DNA of 50,687 nt. Origin: Candidatus Oleihabitans oleiphilus (GTDB lineage Bacteria; Atribacterota; Phoenicimicrobiia; Phoenicimicrobiales; Stramentimicrobiaceae). Position numbers and translations under genes: made by a program. This document shows, in pieces, positions 10,398 to 19,957 of this stretch. The notes under the pieces are model-generated. The model searched no databases. It had not been told where the DNA came from and was given only the letters and a program-made list of their open reading frames with translations. How positions within the stretch are numbered: position 1 is the first letter of the stretch; each line of letters begins with the position of its first letter. The stretch spans positions 1 through 50,687 of the forward strand of contig JAGPKD010000003.1 in the NCBI GenBank assembly GCA_018054125.1, in the 5' to 3' direction.

Positions 10398-11125
10398 AAT
10401 ACAAGATATTCAAGGGGAATCCTTCCCCTTGATAACCCCTGAAATAACTTCCGACTAGCAACTGTATTTAAACGATATACATTATACGTAATACGATATA
10501 CCATTTTGTCATTGCCAGAAGCCAATTCAGTAATAAGTAACCAGTAATAAGTAATAGGCAAACTAAATGCCAGATACTAACGACTAATTTTAACGATATA
10601 CATTATACGTAATATGATATACCATATTCACCCTCACCTTACCTCTCCCTTCTAAGGGAGAGGGTTAGAGAGATGGTGTAAAAATATATTATTTCTTATC
10701 TAAAAAGAATATTTTGTAGTATCAGAATTTTTTTGAAATTCCGATACTACAAGATATTCAGGGGAGGTATCCCCTGAAACCCCTCAATTATCAGTATTGA
10801 GTATCTAGTATTTAGTTTAAATGTTAGTTAAAAAATAAAGAAAAATACCTTTTCAAGAAATGCATATCTTGTTTTGCTAAATTTTTTATAACAAATCAAT
10901 CCTTTATATTTAGGTATCGGAATTATTGAAATTCCGATACTACAAGATAACTGATATATATTATTATATAAATAAATCCCTCCCGTTATATTATAATTTT
11001 ACAGCTTCTCTATTTCATTAAGATGAGAGGGACTTAATGCTAAGATTAATTTATTTGATCTGTTTACTTTACTCCTTCTTGCTTGAGATTTTCAAGGAAA
11101 TTCTTCCCCTTGAAAACCCCTAAAT
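10398..11125. repeat. Intergenic mosaic repeat array 3, the richest array. Module order: A, C, 13 bp x2 tandem, C, D, F, B, A', E, B', unique DNA, degenerate A.
   Basis: Modules by position: A 10401-10443; C 10468-10512; cagtaataagtaa x2 about 10527-10554; C 10591-10628; D caccctcaccttacctctcccttctaagggagagggttagagagatggtg 10628-10680; F 10681-10724; B 10725-10757; A' ttcagggga-ggta-tcccctgaa 10757-10779; E to about 10908; B' 10909-10945; degenerate A 11092-11125. Confidence 0.88.
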
Positions 11126-11155
11126 TAAAGAAAACATTTTGTTTTAATTTTTATA

Positions 11156-11184
11156 AATATAACAAAATCATTTTATGATGTCAA
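11156..11184 (-). promoter_or_regulatory. Candidate sigma-70 promoter (TTGACA-17-TATATT) reading toward the repeat array and glyQS
   Basis: On the minus strand, ttgaca is at 11184-11179, followed by a 17 nt spacer and tatatt at 11161-11156. The match is strong, but AT-rich DNA yields chance matches. It would imply a leader of about 850 nt. Confidence 0.3.
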
Positions 11185-11250
11185 AAAATAATGAGTTATT
11201 TAGCCAATTAATTCAGCAATCAGGGGGGGTATATAGGGATAAAAAATATA

Positions 11251-12012
11251 TTAATATGTTAATTTTAATTTATTTAAAAAATGTTTGCTTTGATTTTCAA
11301 TTTCAAAATGATATAGCATAAAAACATCAGTTATTCTTACTAATTCATATAATGCAGATTGAATGATTTTTTTATTATGAATTTTTTCTAAATCAGCATC
11401 TATTATTCTTTGCAATAATTTTAATAGGTAATCAGTTATTTTTATCTGATAATAACCAGTCTCCTGCTGACAGTTAGAACAGCTAATTCCACCTTTGGAA
11501 ATATCAAAAATGTAATTTTTTCTTTTATTAATGAGTTTATGACAATGAACACATCTATTTAATTCTGGCTGGTAACCTAAAATAACAAAAAGTTTCCATT
11601 TAAATGATTCAACTAAAAGAAGAGGATTTTTTTCATCTTTTAATAATAATAAAGTATTTTTAAAGAGTTCATAAAAATTTTTATTGGGGTCTTCTTCGGC
11701 TGATATTTTATCAACAATTTCGGCACAATTAATTGCTAATCCATAACGAAATAAGTCTTTACACTCTAAAAAAAATGAATTAATAATCTCTGTTTGACTT
11801 ATAATATTTAAATTTTTTCCTTTAAAGGCGAGCAATTTTATCATAGTAAGGTTTTCCATACTGCTACCAAATTGGCTCTTTGTTTTTCTGACCCCTTTGG
11901 CTATTGCTCTAAACTTTCCATAATCCTTACTGTAAATAGTCACAATTTTATCAGCTTCATTTAGTTTTATGCTCTTTAATACTATCCCTTCTGTTTGAAA
12001 TAAACGATTCAT
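11251..12012 (-). CDS. recO: DNA repair protein RecO
   Basis: 253 aa with an N-terminal OB-fold-like region (FQTEGIVLKS...). It has a C-terminal Cys4 zinc motif, CVHCHK...CSNC. The position upstream of glyQS is conserved in Bacillota. Confidence 0.85.
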   Translation of the reverse strand: MNRLFQTEGIVLKSIKLNEADKIVTIYSKDYGKFRAIAKGVRKTKSQFGSSMENLTMIKLLAFKGKNLNIISQTEIINSFFLECKDLFRYGLAINCAEIVDKISAEEDPNKNFYELFKNTLLLLKDEKNPLLLVESFKWKLFVILGYQPELNRCVHCHKLINKRKNYIFDISKGGISCSNCQQETGYYQIKITDYLLKLLQRIIDADLEKIHNKKIIQSALYELVRITDVFMLYHFEIENQSKHFLNKLKLTY

Positions 12013-12033
12013 AAAGATAATTTAAATCCCTTA

Positions 12034-12435
12034 TTAATTCTTTAGAATTTCACCTTGGAATATATCTGGAAGCAATTCCTTAGCCTTTGTTATTTTAATC
12101 TTTTGATGAAGATTAGTCATTATTATCTCCATATCTGGTGAAAATTCTAACATGACCTGCCTACAGGCGCCACAAGGTGTACAGGGCTCTTCAGTATCTC
12201 CTATTATTGCTAATGCTTTGAAGCTCTTATAGCCAGATGAAACTGCTTTATAGATTGCCACTCTTTCAGCACAGATGCTTAATCCAAGTGAAGCATTTTC
12301 TATATTACAACCGGTAAAGATAACCCCTTCCTTGGTCATAACCGCTGATCCAACTGTAAATTTAGAATAGGGGGCGTAGGCATTTAACCTTGCTTCTTCT
12401 GCTTTATTTATTAATTTTTGAAAGCTTTTATTCAA
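12034..12435 (-). CDS. cdd: Cytidine deaminase
   Basis: 133 aa with a TTG start. The zinc-ligand motifs CAERVAI and PCGACRQ are present. Confidence 0.92.
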   Translation of the reverse strand: MNKSFQKLINKAEEARLNAYAPYSKFTVGSAVMTKEGVIFTGCNIENASLGLSICAERVAIYKAVSSGYKSFKALAIIGDTEEPCTPCGACRQVMLEFSPDMEIIMTNLHQKIKITKAKELLPDIFQGEILKN

Positions 12436-12544
12436 TTAATTTACCTTCTTTATCATTTTATTTAAGCTAAATTTATAGTCTAAAGAAAGATAGTATGAGT
12501 ATATTAAATAATTTTTTGAACAATTATATATTTATACAGTCAGT

Positions 12545-14533
12545 TTAGCTTGTTTTTTGTTTTTTTTGTCTGGTATGTTGTAGAAATAAGATAGTCATCA
12601 AAATGATAATACCAATTACATCTGTCATTAAATCTGGCGAGATAAGCAAAATGGCACTAATTAATAATAAGATACGTTCATAGAATGGTGTCTTTACTAA
12701 CAAATAACCACCAGCAGCAGCACCCAGAGACAGTACCCCTGCTAAGGAGGTTATCACTAATTGGATAGTTTGAATAAAAGAGCCGCCTAATCCCATTAAA
12801 GCCGGATTTATAGCAAAAATATAGGGAATCATAAAACCAGCTACCGCTAATCGAACAGAAATAAAACCAGTTCTCATAGTGTTACCTCCTGCTATACCTG
12901 CACCAGCAAAAGCTGCTACAGCAACTGGTGGTGTTAAATCAGCAATAACTCCAAAGTAAAGAATAAACATATGGGCAGCTAAAGGTAAAACTCCCAATTG
13001 GATTAAGGCCGGAGCTGCCATAATAGACAAAATAATATATTTGGCAGTAGTTGGCAAGCCCATTCCCAGTAAAATAGAGGCAATCATGGTAAAAAATAAA
13101 GTTAGTAGTAGATTTCCACCTCCTAATGATACTATACCATTGGCAATTTTAAGACCCAAACCAGTCAAGGTTACTACACCTACTACCATGCCGGCACAGG
13201 CACAAGCTGCAGCAACTCCCAAGGCTCCTTTGGCACCGTCTTCAAAGGCACCTAAAAGACCTTTTAAGTTGAGCCGGGTCTCTTTTTTAAGCATGCTAAC
13301 TGCCAGGCTCATAACAATTGCCCAAAAAGCAGCAAACAGTGCCGTGTAGCCCCTAACCAATAAATATACCAAACCTATAATTGGTACTAAAAGATGTCCC
13401 TTTTCTTGCAATACTTCTTTTGCCTTGGGTAATCTTTCTTTTGGTAAACCTTTTAAATCATATTTGCAAGCTTCTAAGTGGACCATGGTTATAACCGCAA
13501 TATAATAAATAATAGCAGGGATGATAGCAGCGGCAGCTATTTTTATATAAGGAATTTCTAAAAATTCAGACATAACGAATGCTGCAGCACCCATAACAGG
13601 TGGCATAATCTGTCCTCCTGTGGAGGCAGCGGCTTCTACCGCTCCAGCAAAATCCTTTTTATAGCCTATACTCTTCATCAATGGTATAGTAAAACTTCCG
13701 GTGGTAACCACGTTGGCAACTGAACTTCCATTAATTGAGCCCATAAAACCACTGGCTATAACTGCAACTTTAGCAGGTCCACCAGTAGTATGCCCAGCCA
13801 AGGCCATAGATAAATCGATAAAAAATTTTCCCATTCCAGTTTTATTTAATACTGAACCAAAGAGTATGAAAAGAAAGACAAATGAGGAAGAAACCCCAAG
13901 AGGAATGCCATAAATACCCTCTGTTTGCATATAGAGATGTTCAATAATCCTTTCTAAAGAATAACCACGGTGGGCAAGAAAGCCAGGCATGTAAGGACCA
14001 AAATAGGCATAAATTAAAAATACCACTACCACTATTGGTAACTCAGGTCCAATTGCTCTTCTAGTAGCTTCTAAAACTAATAATATAGTAATACCACCCA
14101 TAATTAGATCTATTCTACTTGGTAATCCTGCTCTAAAAACAAGTTCATTATAATAGATGATAAGATATAAACTAGTAAATGCTCCTAATGTTGCTAATAC
14201 TATATCCCATAATGGTACTTTTGATTTATCACTGCCAATTCCCTTTTTAGTGGTTGGGTATAGTAAGAATATCAAAGCTAAGGTAAAAGCCAGATGTAGT
14301 GCTCTTTGTTTTAAAGCTAACCATAAACCAAAACCACCAGTGTAAAAATGAAAAAGAGACATACTGATAGCTATAATGGAAATAATTATAGCAATATAAC
14401 CGATTGGTCTTCTGATATTGGATTCAGTATCATACTGTTCTAATAATTTTTGCACATCAATTTTTTCATGTGCCTCAGTTAATTCTGTTATATTTTTTTT
14501 AGATTCATTTTCTTTATCTATATTATCCTTCAA
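12545..14533 (-). CDS. TRAP transporter fused permease (TAXI-associated, DctQ/DctM-like fusion)
   Basis: 662 aa polytopic membrane protein with a TTG start behind the SD ggaggagg. Its size and neighbourhood (DUF1850 plus a TAXI binding protein) are typical of TAXI-TRAP systems. Confidence 0.88.
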   Translation of the reverse strand: MKDNIDKENESKKNITELTEAHEKIDVQKLLEQYDTESNIRRPIGYIAIIISIIAISMSLFHFYTGGFGLWLALKQRALHLAFTLALIFLLYPTTKKGIGSDKSKVPLWDIVLATLGAFTSLYLIIYYNELVFRAGLPSRIDLIMGGITILLVLEATRRAIGPELPIVVVVFLIYAYFGPYMPGFLAHRGYSLERIIEHLYMQTEGIYGIPLGVSSSFVFLFILFGSVLNKTGMGKFFIDLSMALAGHTTGGPAKVAVIASGFMGSINGSSVANVVTTGSFTIPLMKSIGYKKDFAGAVEAAASTGGQIMPPVMGAAAFVMSEFLEIPYIKIAAAAIIPAIIYYIAVITMVHLEACKYDLKGLPKERLPKAKEVLQEKGHLLVPIIGLVYLLVRGYTALFAAFWAIVMSLAVSMLKKETRLNLKGLLGAFEDGAKGALGVAAACACAGMVVGVVTLTGLGLKIANGIVSLGGGNLLLTLFFTMIASILLGMGLPTTAKYIILSIMAAPALIQLGVLPLAAHMFILYFGVIADLTPPVAVAAFAGAGIAGGNTMRTGFISVRLAVAGFMIPYIFAINPALMGLGGSFIQTIQLVITSLAGVLSLGAAAGGYLLVKTPFYERILLLISAILLISPDLMTDVIGIIILMTILFLQHTRQKKQKTS

Positions 14534-14556
14534 ATTTTTCTCCTCCTCCCAAGCCC

Positions 14557-15051
14557 TTAATTTTTAAGGAAATAATCAATTAAATTTAAGCGAAGAATGT
14601 CAATTGTTAATAATCCATTGCCTATTGTTCCTGATAAATTTATTTTTTGATCTTCAAAAATAAAAATATTACCACGATCTTGATAAACTCGATAATATAA
14701 TGGTGTTTCTATTTTTCTAAACATATTTTTAATTTTAAACTTTCCATCTTCACTAACAAAAATTTCATTTCCAAATGCAGCATAAGGTAAGCCAGCTCCA
14801 TGGTCATAAAAATGGGTTTCGGTAAGTATTAATTGGCCCTCACTGTCTATTTCAAAAAATTCCCAGACCGGGGTTTGAGCAACAGAATGAGTATATATTA
14901 AGATAAACTGTTTACCTGGAAAAATTTTTTCTTGAAAAATTATTTCTTCTTCAGGGATTTTTTTTATAGTGATAACATAGAAAGAACTATTTAAATAAAA
15001 TATAATAATAACTAATAATAAAAATAAAATTATATTTAATTTTTTCTTCAT
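14557..15051 (-). CDS. DUF1850-family small membrane-anchored protein (TAXI-TRAP accessory)
   Basis: 164 aa with an N-terminal TM helix and the conserved core YTHSVAQTPVWEFFEI...DHGAGLP. It sits in the canonical position between the TAXI binding protein and the fused permease. Confidence 0.8.
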   Translation of the reverse strand: MKKKLNIILFLLLVIIIFYLNSSFYVITIKKIPEEEIIFQEKIFPGKQFILIYTHSVAQTPVWEFFEIDSEGQLILTETHFYDHGAGLPYAAFGNEIFVSEDGKFKIKNMFRKIETPLYYRVYQDRGNIFIFEDQKINLSGTIGNGLLTIDILRLNLIDYFLKN

Positions 15052-15107
15052 TAAATTTTCAGAATATTCTCATCTAGCGAAGTATAAACAAAATATAAAA
15101 TAAGATA

Positions 15108-15157
15108 ATAAAGAGAAATCCGGGTACAATTATATTAATAAAATAATAGTACCCGGA
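15108..15157 (-). terminator. Intra-operon stem-loop downstream of the TAXI binding-protein gene (partial terminator or mRNA stabiliser)
   Basis: A 9 bp stem, tccgggtac (15119-15127) with gtacccgga (15149-15157), is followed on the minus strand by tttctctttat. Confidence 0.45.
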
Positions 15158-15191
15158 GCAAACTTCGTATCAATATTTAAGATACCTACGA

Positions 15192-16148
15192 TTATTCAAT
15201 TAACCCAATTTCTTTGTAATAAAGCTCTGCACCAGGGTGAAGTGGAATAGCCATTCCAGCAAGAGCAGTTTCTAAAGTGATATTTTTACCTTGAGCATGA
15301 ACCTGCACTAATATATCTAAATTTTCCCATAGAGCTTTTGTTATTTTATAAACTAAAGTAGGATCTAATTGAGAATCACAAATCCAAAGTGCTGGTGTAG
15401 CCAAAGCCAAAACTGGTTCCTCTACGCCAGTATAGATTCCAGCAGGGATTTCGGTGATTCCATAATAAGGAATCTCTTCTACTAATTTTTCGGCTACTTC
15501 TCTATCTACGGGTACCAAAACAAGGTCACGAATAGTAGCAATATTGATAATACTGGAAGTGGGATAACCAGCAGTAACAAAACCAGCATCTATTTGCCCA
15601 TCGATTAGGCGATCTGCTACTTCGTTAAAGTCAATATAATCAACACTCATATCATCATAGGTCAGACCGTGAGCATTTAAAATAATTCTGGCATCAGCTT
15701 CTGTCCCGCTATTGGGAGCACCTACACCTACTCTTTTTCCTTTTAAATCGGCAATGGTTTTAACTCCAGAAGCTTTGGTAGCAACAATATGGATTGTCTC
15801 TGGATATAAAGAGGCAATTCCTCTTAAATTAGTAATTGGTTCTTTGCCTGCTTGTAGTCCGGAAGCAGTATAACACCAATAAGTAGTGTTAGCTTGGGAA
15901 AAGGCAGTCTCAATTTGGTGACGAGCAATTAAATTACAATTAGCAATTGAAGCACCAGAAGTTTGAGCGGTTACTATCAAACCTTCCACCTTATTGGATA
16001 GCAACTGAGCTAAGGCACCTCCCAGTGGATAGTAAGTACCCCCTGTACCACCAGTAGCAATTGCAATAAATTTTTGAGCAAAGACATTAGTTCCCAGGGT
16101 AGCAACTAAACATATTACCATAAATAATATAACTATTTTTTTACTCAT
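15192..16148 (-). CDS. TAXI-family TRAP transporter solute-binding protein
   Basis: 318 aa with a signal peptide and the TAXI signature IATGGTGGTYYPLGGALAQ. Confidence 0.9.
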   Translation of the reverse strand: MSKKIVILFMVICLVATLGTNVFAQKFIAIATGGTGGTYYPLGGALAQLLSNKVEGLIVTAQTSGASIANCNLIARHQIETAFSQANTTYWCYTASGLQAGKEPITNLRGIASLYPETIHIVATKASGVKTIADLKGKRVGVGAPNSGTEADARIILNAHGLTYDDMSVDYIDFNEVADRLIDGQIDAGFVTAGYPTSSIINIATIRDLVLVPVDREVAEKLVEEIPYYGITEIPAGIYTGVEEPVLALATPALWICDSQLDPTLVYKITKALWENLDILVQVHAQGKNITLETALAGMAIPLHPGAELYYKEIGLIE

Positions 16149-16346
16149 AATAACTAACCTCCTTAAATTAATTACTTAATTTTAATAGCTAATAAATTAT
16201 CCTTATTTATATTTTTACCACTCTCCTCTCTACAAATTTTTAACTTAGTAAAAATGATTAATATGCTTGAATAATTATTCATTTACATTATAATTATGCA
16301 TTATTTTCATTAAAAATACAACTTTTTTTATTAATTTTGTTTTATC

Positions 16347-16805
16347 TCAGTGTTTTCTTTCCAAAATATAATTATAAATTTTTTCTTCTAAACTTCTCAT
16401 TTCTTTCGCTTCTAGTTCCAAGTTATGATCATAACCAATTAAATGTAAGAAACCATGAATAGCAAGTAATATTAATTCATCTTGTAGAGAATGACCCAAA
16501 GATATTGCTTGCCTTTGGGCAGTCTCAACAGAAATTACAATATCACCAAGTAAATATTCATTTACGATATCAGGTGGAGGAAAGCTTTCTTGCCCTTCTA
16601 ATAAGCTAAAAGCCAAAACATCAGTTGGAGCATCAATATTTCGATACATTTTGTTCAGATTTTGTATTTCTTTATCATCGGTTAATAATAAACTAACTTC
16701 ACTTATTTCTTTTTGTTTCGTCAGTTCCATTGCTTTCTGCAGTGCTTTTTTTAATTTCTGAAGATTTATTATCTGTTTCTGGTTGTTTTTTATCTGTATT
16801 TTCAC
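16347..16805 (-). CDS. ybeY: rRNA maturation endoribonuclease YbeY
   Basis: 152 aa with the zinc motif HGFLHLIGYDH and PTDVLAFS. The spacing of the N-terminus before EVSLLLTDD matches full-length YbeY. Confidence 0.93.
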   Translation of the reverse strand: MKIQIKNNQKQIINLQKLKKALQKAMELTKQKEISEVSLLLTDDKEIQNLNKMYRNIDAPTDVLAFSLLEGQESFPPPDIVNEYLLGDIVISVETAQRQAISLGHSLQDELILLAIHGFLHLIGYDHNLELEAKEMRSLEEKIYNYILERKH

Positions 16806-18960
16806 TCTGAGAACGTTCCTTTTTTAATTTGTTTATTAAGTCGTCATCGGGGTATTCTACTCTGTTATGAAACATGCCGGTTAATATTTTAGAAAATACC
16901 TCTTTAATCTTGTTTAGCTCTCTTAAGGTAAGATTACATTCATCTAATTGGCCATTTTCTAAATTTCTGGTAATAACATTTTGAGTTAGGCTCTTAATTC
17001 TACTAGAAGTAGGACTATTAAGCGTTCTGGCTTCAGCTTCAAGCATGTCTGCTAATAGTATAATACCCGCTTCTTTAGTTTGGGGTTTGGGTCCAGAATA
17101 TCTATAGTTTTCCTCATTGACTTCGGTAGATTTATTGGAACTAGTCTGTAATGCCTTGTGATAAAAATAACTGATAATACCTGTTCCATGATGCTGATTG
17201 ATAATGTCAATAATTGATTTAGGTAATTTATATTTTCTGGCCATATCAATTCCATCTTTTACATGAGAAGCGATAACCAGGGCACTTAAGCTAGGCTCCA
17301 TATCATCATGAGTATTTTTATATGCCTCTTGATTTTCAGTAAAAAAATATGGTCTTTTCAACTTACCTATATCATGATAATAAGCTCCTACGCGAGCTAA
17401 TAAAGAATTTGCTCCAATTTCTTCTGCAGCTGCTTCGGCTAAATTGCCTACTATTACACTATGGTGATAAGTACCAGGGGCTTCTACTAACAATTGTCTT
17501 AATAAGGGTTGATTTGGATTTGACAATTCCATTAATCTAAATGAAGAAGAAATATCAAAAAAGCTTTCCAAAAAAGGGAGAATACCTATAGTTAAAATAG
17601 CAGAAATAAAACCATTTAATAACCCCAACAGGTTGTTTTTCAATATAATATCTGTCGAATGCCCATGTATTAATCCCAATGCTGTTATGGAAAATATATT
17701 TACCAGGGCAATAAAAAGGCCAGCACGAGTTAAGCTAGAACGTTGGGTAGCTTTTCGAATACTAAATATGGAAATAAGGCCTCCGGCTAGGGCTACAATC
17801 ATATAATCTATCTCGCCAAAAAAAATGATTCCAATATTAAAACTAATTAAAAAAGTCATCCATATAGCCAAACGGGAATCAATAGTTATTGCTATCAGCA
17901 TAGAAACAAAAGCTACTGGAATTAAATAAGCAGAAACTTCTCCAATAACCTTAGCAATAAAAATAATAGTAAGATATAATACTCCTAACAAAATCAACTT
18001 ATTAGTCTCGTGATAAACTGTTTTATGATATGTAAAAATATATAAAGCTAAGAGAAAAATAAGAATAGAATTCAATATTAGCAAACCCAATATATTCTGA
18101 AAATTCATAACTGGATTTTGTAATCCTAATGCCTCTAATTTTTCAATATGTTCTGGAGTAACAATTTCTCCCTTTCTAATAATAATCTGATCTTTTCTAA
18201 TAACATTTTTTACCTCCTTTACTGCTGCGATTGCCTCTTGTTTTTTTAATTGGGTTGCTTCTTCATCCAAAAATAGACTTGGTTTTAAAAAGACTGTCCC
18301 TATTTCTCCAGCTAGAACAGCAGTATAAGGATTACTAGCTAATTCACTAATTTCTCTTAAAATTTGTTTCTTTGCCTCTTCCATATCGTTTTCTCTAACA
18401 CCCTGTTGCATAATCTTCTTAACTGCCTGATTCACATTCTGCTCAATCTCTTTAAGAGAAAATTGATCTAATGTTACTAAATTTAACATGATTGTGCTTT
18501 CTAAATTAATAGAATATTTTTCTTTAATCATTTCTAAATCATCATTAATTGAAGGATCAATTATTAATTGTTTTGTTTCTTGGTTATTTTTTATCTGATT
18601 TTCATCAAAATGATATTTATTTCTCAGTTCTTTTATATCTGAAAAAAAATTAGTTAATTCTTTTTCTACATTTTCAATACTAGCTAAGTTGAGATGGTAA
18701 ACTTCACGAATAGATTTTGCTGCTTCTTCTCTTAATTTTTCAGTAGCCTTTTCATCAACAAATTCAATAGTTTTTGGAGAAACAATATCGCGAGGAGCAA
18801 CTTCTCCAACTTTTAAAATAATTTTACTTGGTATGAAATTTATTGATAAAATAAAGGTAACTAAAATAATTAAAAGAAAAAAAATTGCTATTCTTTGCAA
18901 AGTATTTTTTTGTAATATTTTAATATTTTTTCTATTGATTTTATTTATGTTCATCTTCAT
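16699..18960 (-). CDS. pgpH: 7TM-receptor HD-domain phosphohydrolase (PgpH/YqfF family, c-di-AMP phosphodiesterase homologue)
   Basis: 753 aa with an extracellular N-domain, a 7TM block and an HD domain (HHSVIVGNLAE...YYHDIGK). A low-complexity C-terminal tail overlaps ybeY by 107 nt. The position between phoH and ybeY is conserved. Confidence 0.88.
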   Translation of the reverse strand: MKMNINKINRKNIKILQKNTLQRIAIFFLLIILVTFILSINFIPSKIILKVGEVAPRDIVSPKTIEFVDEKATEKLREEAAKSIREVYHLNLASIENVEKELTNFFSDIKELRNKYHFDENQIKNNQETKQLIIDPSINDDLEMIKEKYSINLESTIMLNLVTLDQFSLKEIEQNVNQAVKKIMQQGVRENDMEEAKKQILREISELASNPYTAVLAGEIGTVFLKPSLFLDEEATQLKKQEAIAAVKEVKNVIRKDQIIIRKGEIVTPEHIEKLEALGLQNPVMNFQNILGLLILNSILIFLLALYIFTYHKTVYHETNKLILLGVLYLTIIFIAKVIGEVSAYLIPVAFVSMLIAITIDSRLAIWMTFLISFNIGIIFFGEIDYMIVALAGGLISIFSIRKATQRSSLTRAGLFIALVNIFSITALGLIHGHSTDIILKNNLLGLLNGFISAILTIGILPFLESFFDISSSFRLMELSNPNQPLLRQLLVEAPGTYHHSVIVGNLAEAAAEEIGANSLLARVGAYYHDIGKLKRPYFFTENQEAYKNTHDDMEPSLSALVIASHVKDGIDMARKYKLPKSIIDIINQHHGTGIISYFYHKALQTSSNKSTEVNEENYRYSGPKPQTKEAGIILLADMLEAEARTLNSPTSSRIKSLTQNVITRNLENGQLDECNLTLRELNKIKEVFSKILTGMFHNRVEYPDDDLINKLKKERSQSENTDKKQPETDNKSSEIKKSTAESNGTDETKRNK

Positions 18961-19957
18961 GGTAATTATTTATTGTATTTACTTCAGTTTTTTCATTGCT
19001 TTGGCATTGGTAAGCATTTTCATAAGCAAGAATTATTTCTTTTACTAATCTATGCCTAACTACATCCTTCTTTCCCAAATAAACAAATTCAATACCTTGA
19101 ATATTTTTAAGTATCTTGGCAATACTTGTTAAACCAGAATTTGTTTTTTGTGGTAAATCTACTTGGGTAATATCGCCGGTTACGATAATTTTAGAACCAA
19201 AACCAAAACGTGTTAAAAACATTTTCATTTGCCCTAAGGTAGTATTTTGGGCATCATCCAATATAATAAAAGAATTATTTAAAGTACGTCCTCTCATATA
19301 AGCAAGGGGGGCAATTTCAATAATTCCATGCTCTAAATAATTTTGAAATTTATCGGAAGGCATCATTTCATATATTGCGTCATAAAGAGGTCTGAAATAG
19401 GGATCAATTTTTTCCATTAAATCTCCTGGTAAAAAACCAAGACTTTCTCCTGCTTCTACAGCAGGTCGTACTAAAATAATTCTATCAACCTCTTTTTTCT
19501 TTAAGGCAGAAATGGCAATGGCTACTGCTAAATATGTTTTTCCGGTTCCGGCGGGTCCAATAACAAATAATATATCATTATTTTTAATCTTTTCTAAAAT
19601 TTGTTTCTGCCCAAATGTTTTTGGTCTAATTATTTTATCTTTTTTAAAAACTTGAATTTCCATATTATATAATTCGTTTAATTGAAATGAATTGTTCTCT
19701 TTTATCATATCTATTTGATATCTTATTTCTGATAGATTAACCGGATTGCCATCACGAATAATCAATAATAAGTCCTCAATAACTTTCACTGCTTGTTGGA
19801 CATTACTTTTTTTGCCAGAAATGGTAAGATAATTACTGTTTCTTGTTGAAATTTTTACTGATAAAGATTGACAAATGAAATTAACCTTAGAATCAAGTTG
19901 TCCAAATAATTCTCTTAATTCATCTTTATTTTTAATTAAAACAGATTGTTCAGGCAT
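18941..19957 (-). CDS. phoH: PhoH-like ATPase
   Basis: 338 aa with Walker A GPAGTGKTYLAVA. It has a conserved PhoH core (IILVRPAVEAGESLGFLPGDL). It overlaps the pgpH start by 20 nt. Confidence 0.92.
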   Translation of the reverse strand: MPEQSVLIKNKDELRELFGQLDSKVNFICQSLSVKISTRNSNYLTISGKKSNVQQAVKVIEDLLLIIRDGNPVNLSEIRYQIDMIKENNSFQLNELYNMEIQVFKKDKIIRPKTFGQKQILEKIKNNDILFVIGPAGTGKTYLAVAIAISALKKKEVDRIILVRPAVEAGESLGFLPGDLMEKIDPYFRPLYDAIYEMMPSDKFQNYLEHGIIEIAPLAYMRGRTLNNSFIILDDAQNTTLGQMKMFLTRFGFGSKIIVTGDITQVDLPQKTNSGLTSIAKILKNIQGIEFVYLGKKDVVRHRLVKEIILAYENAYQCQSNEKTEVNTINNYHEDEHK

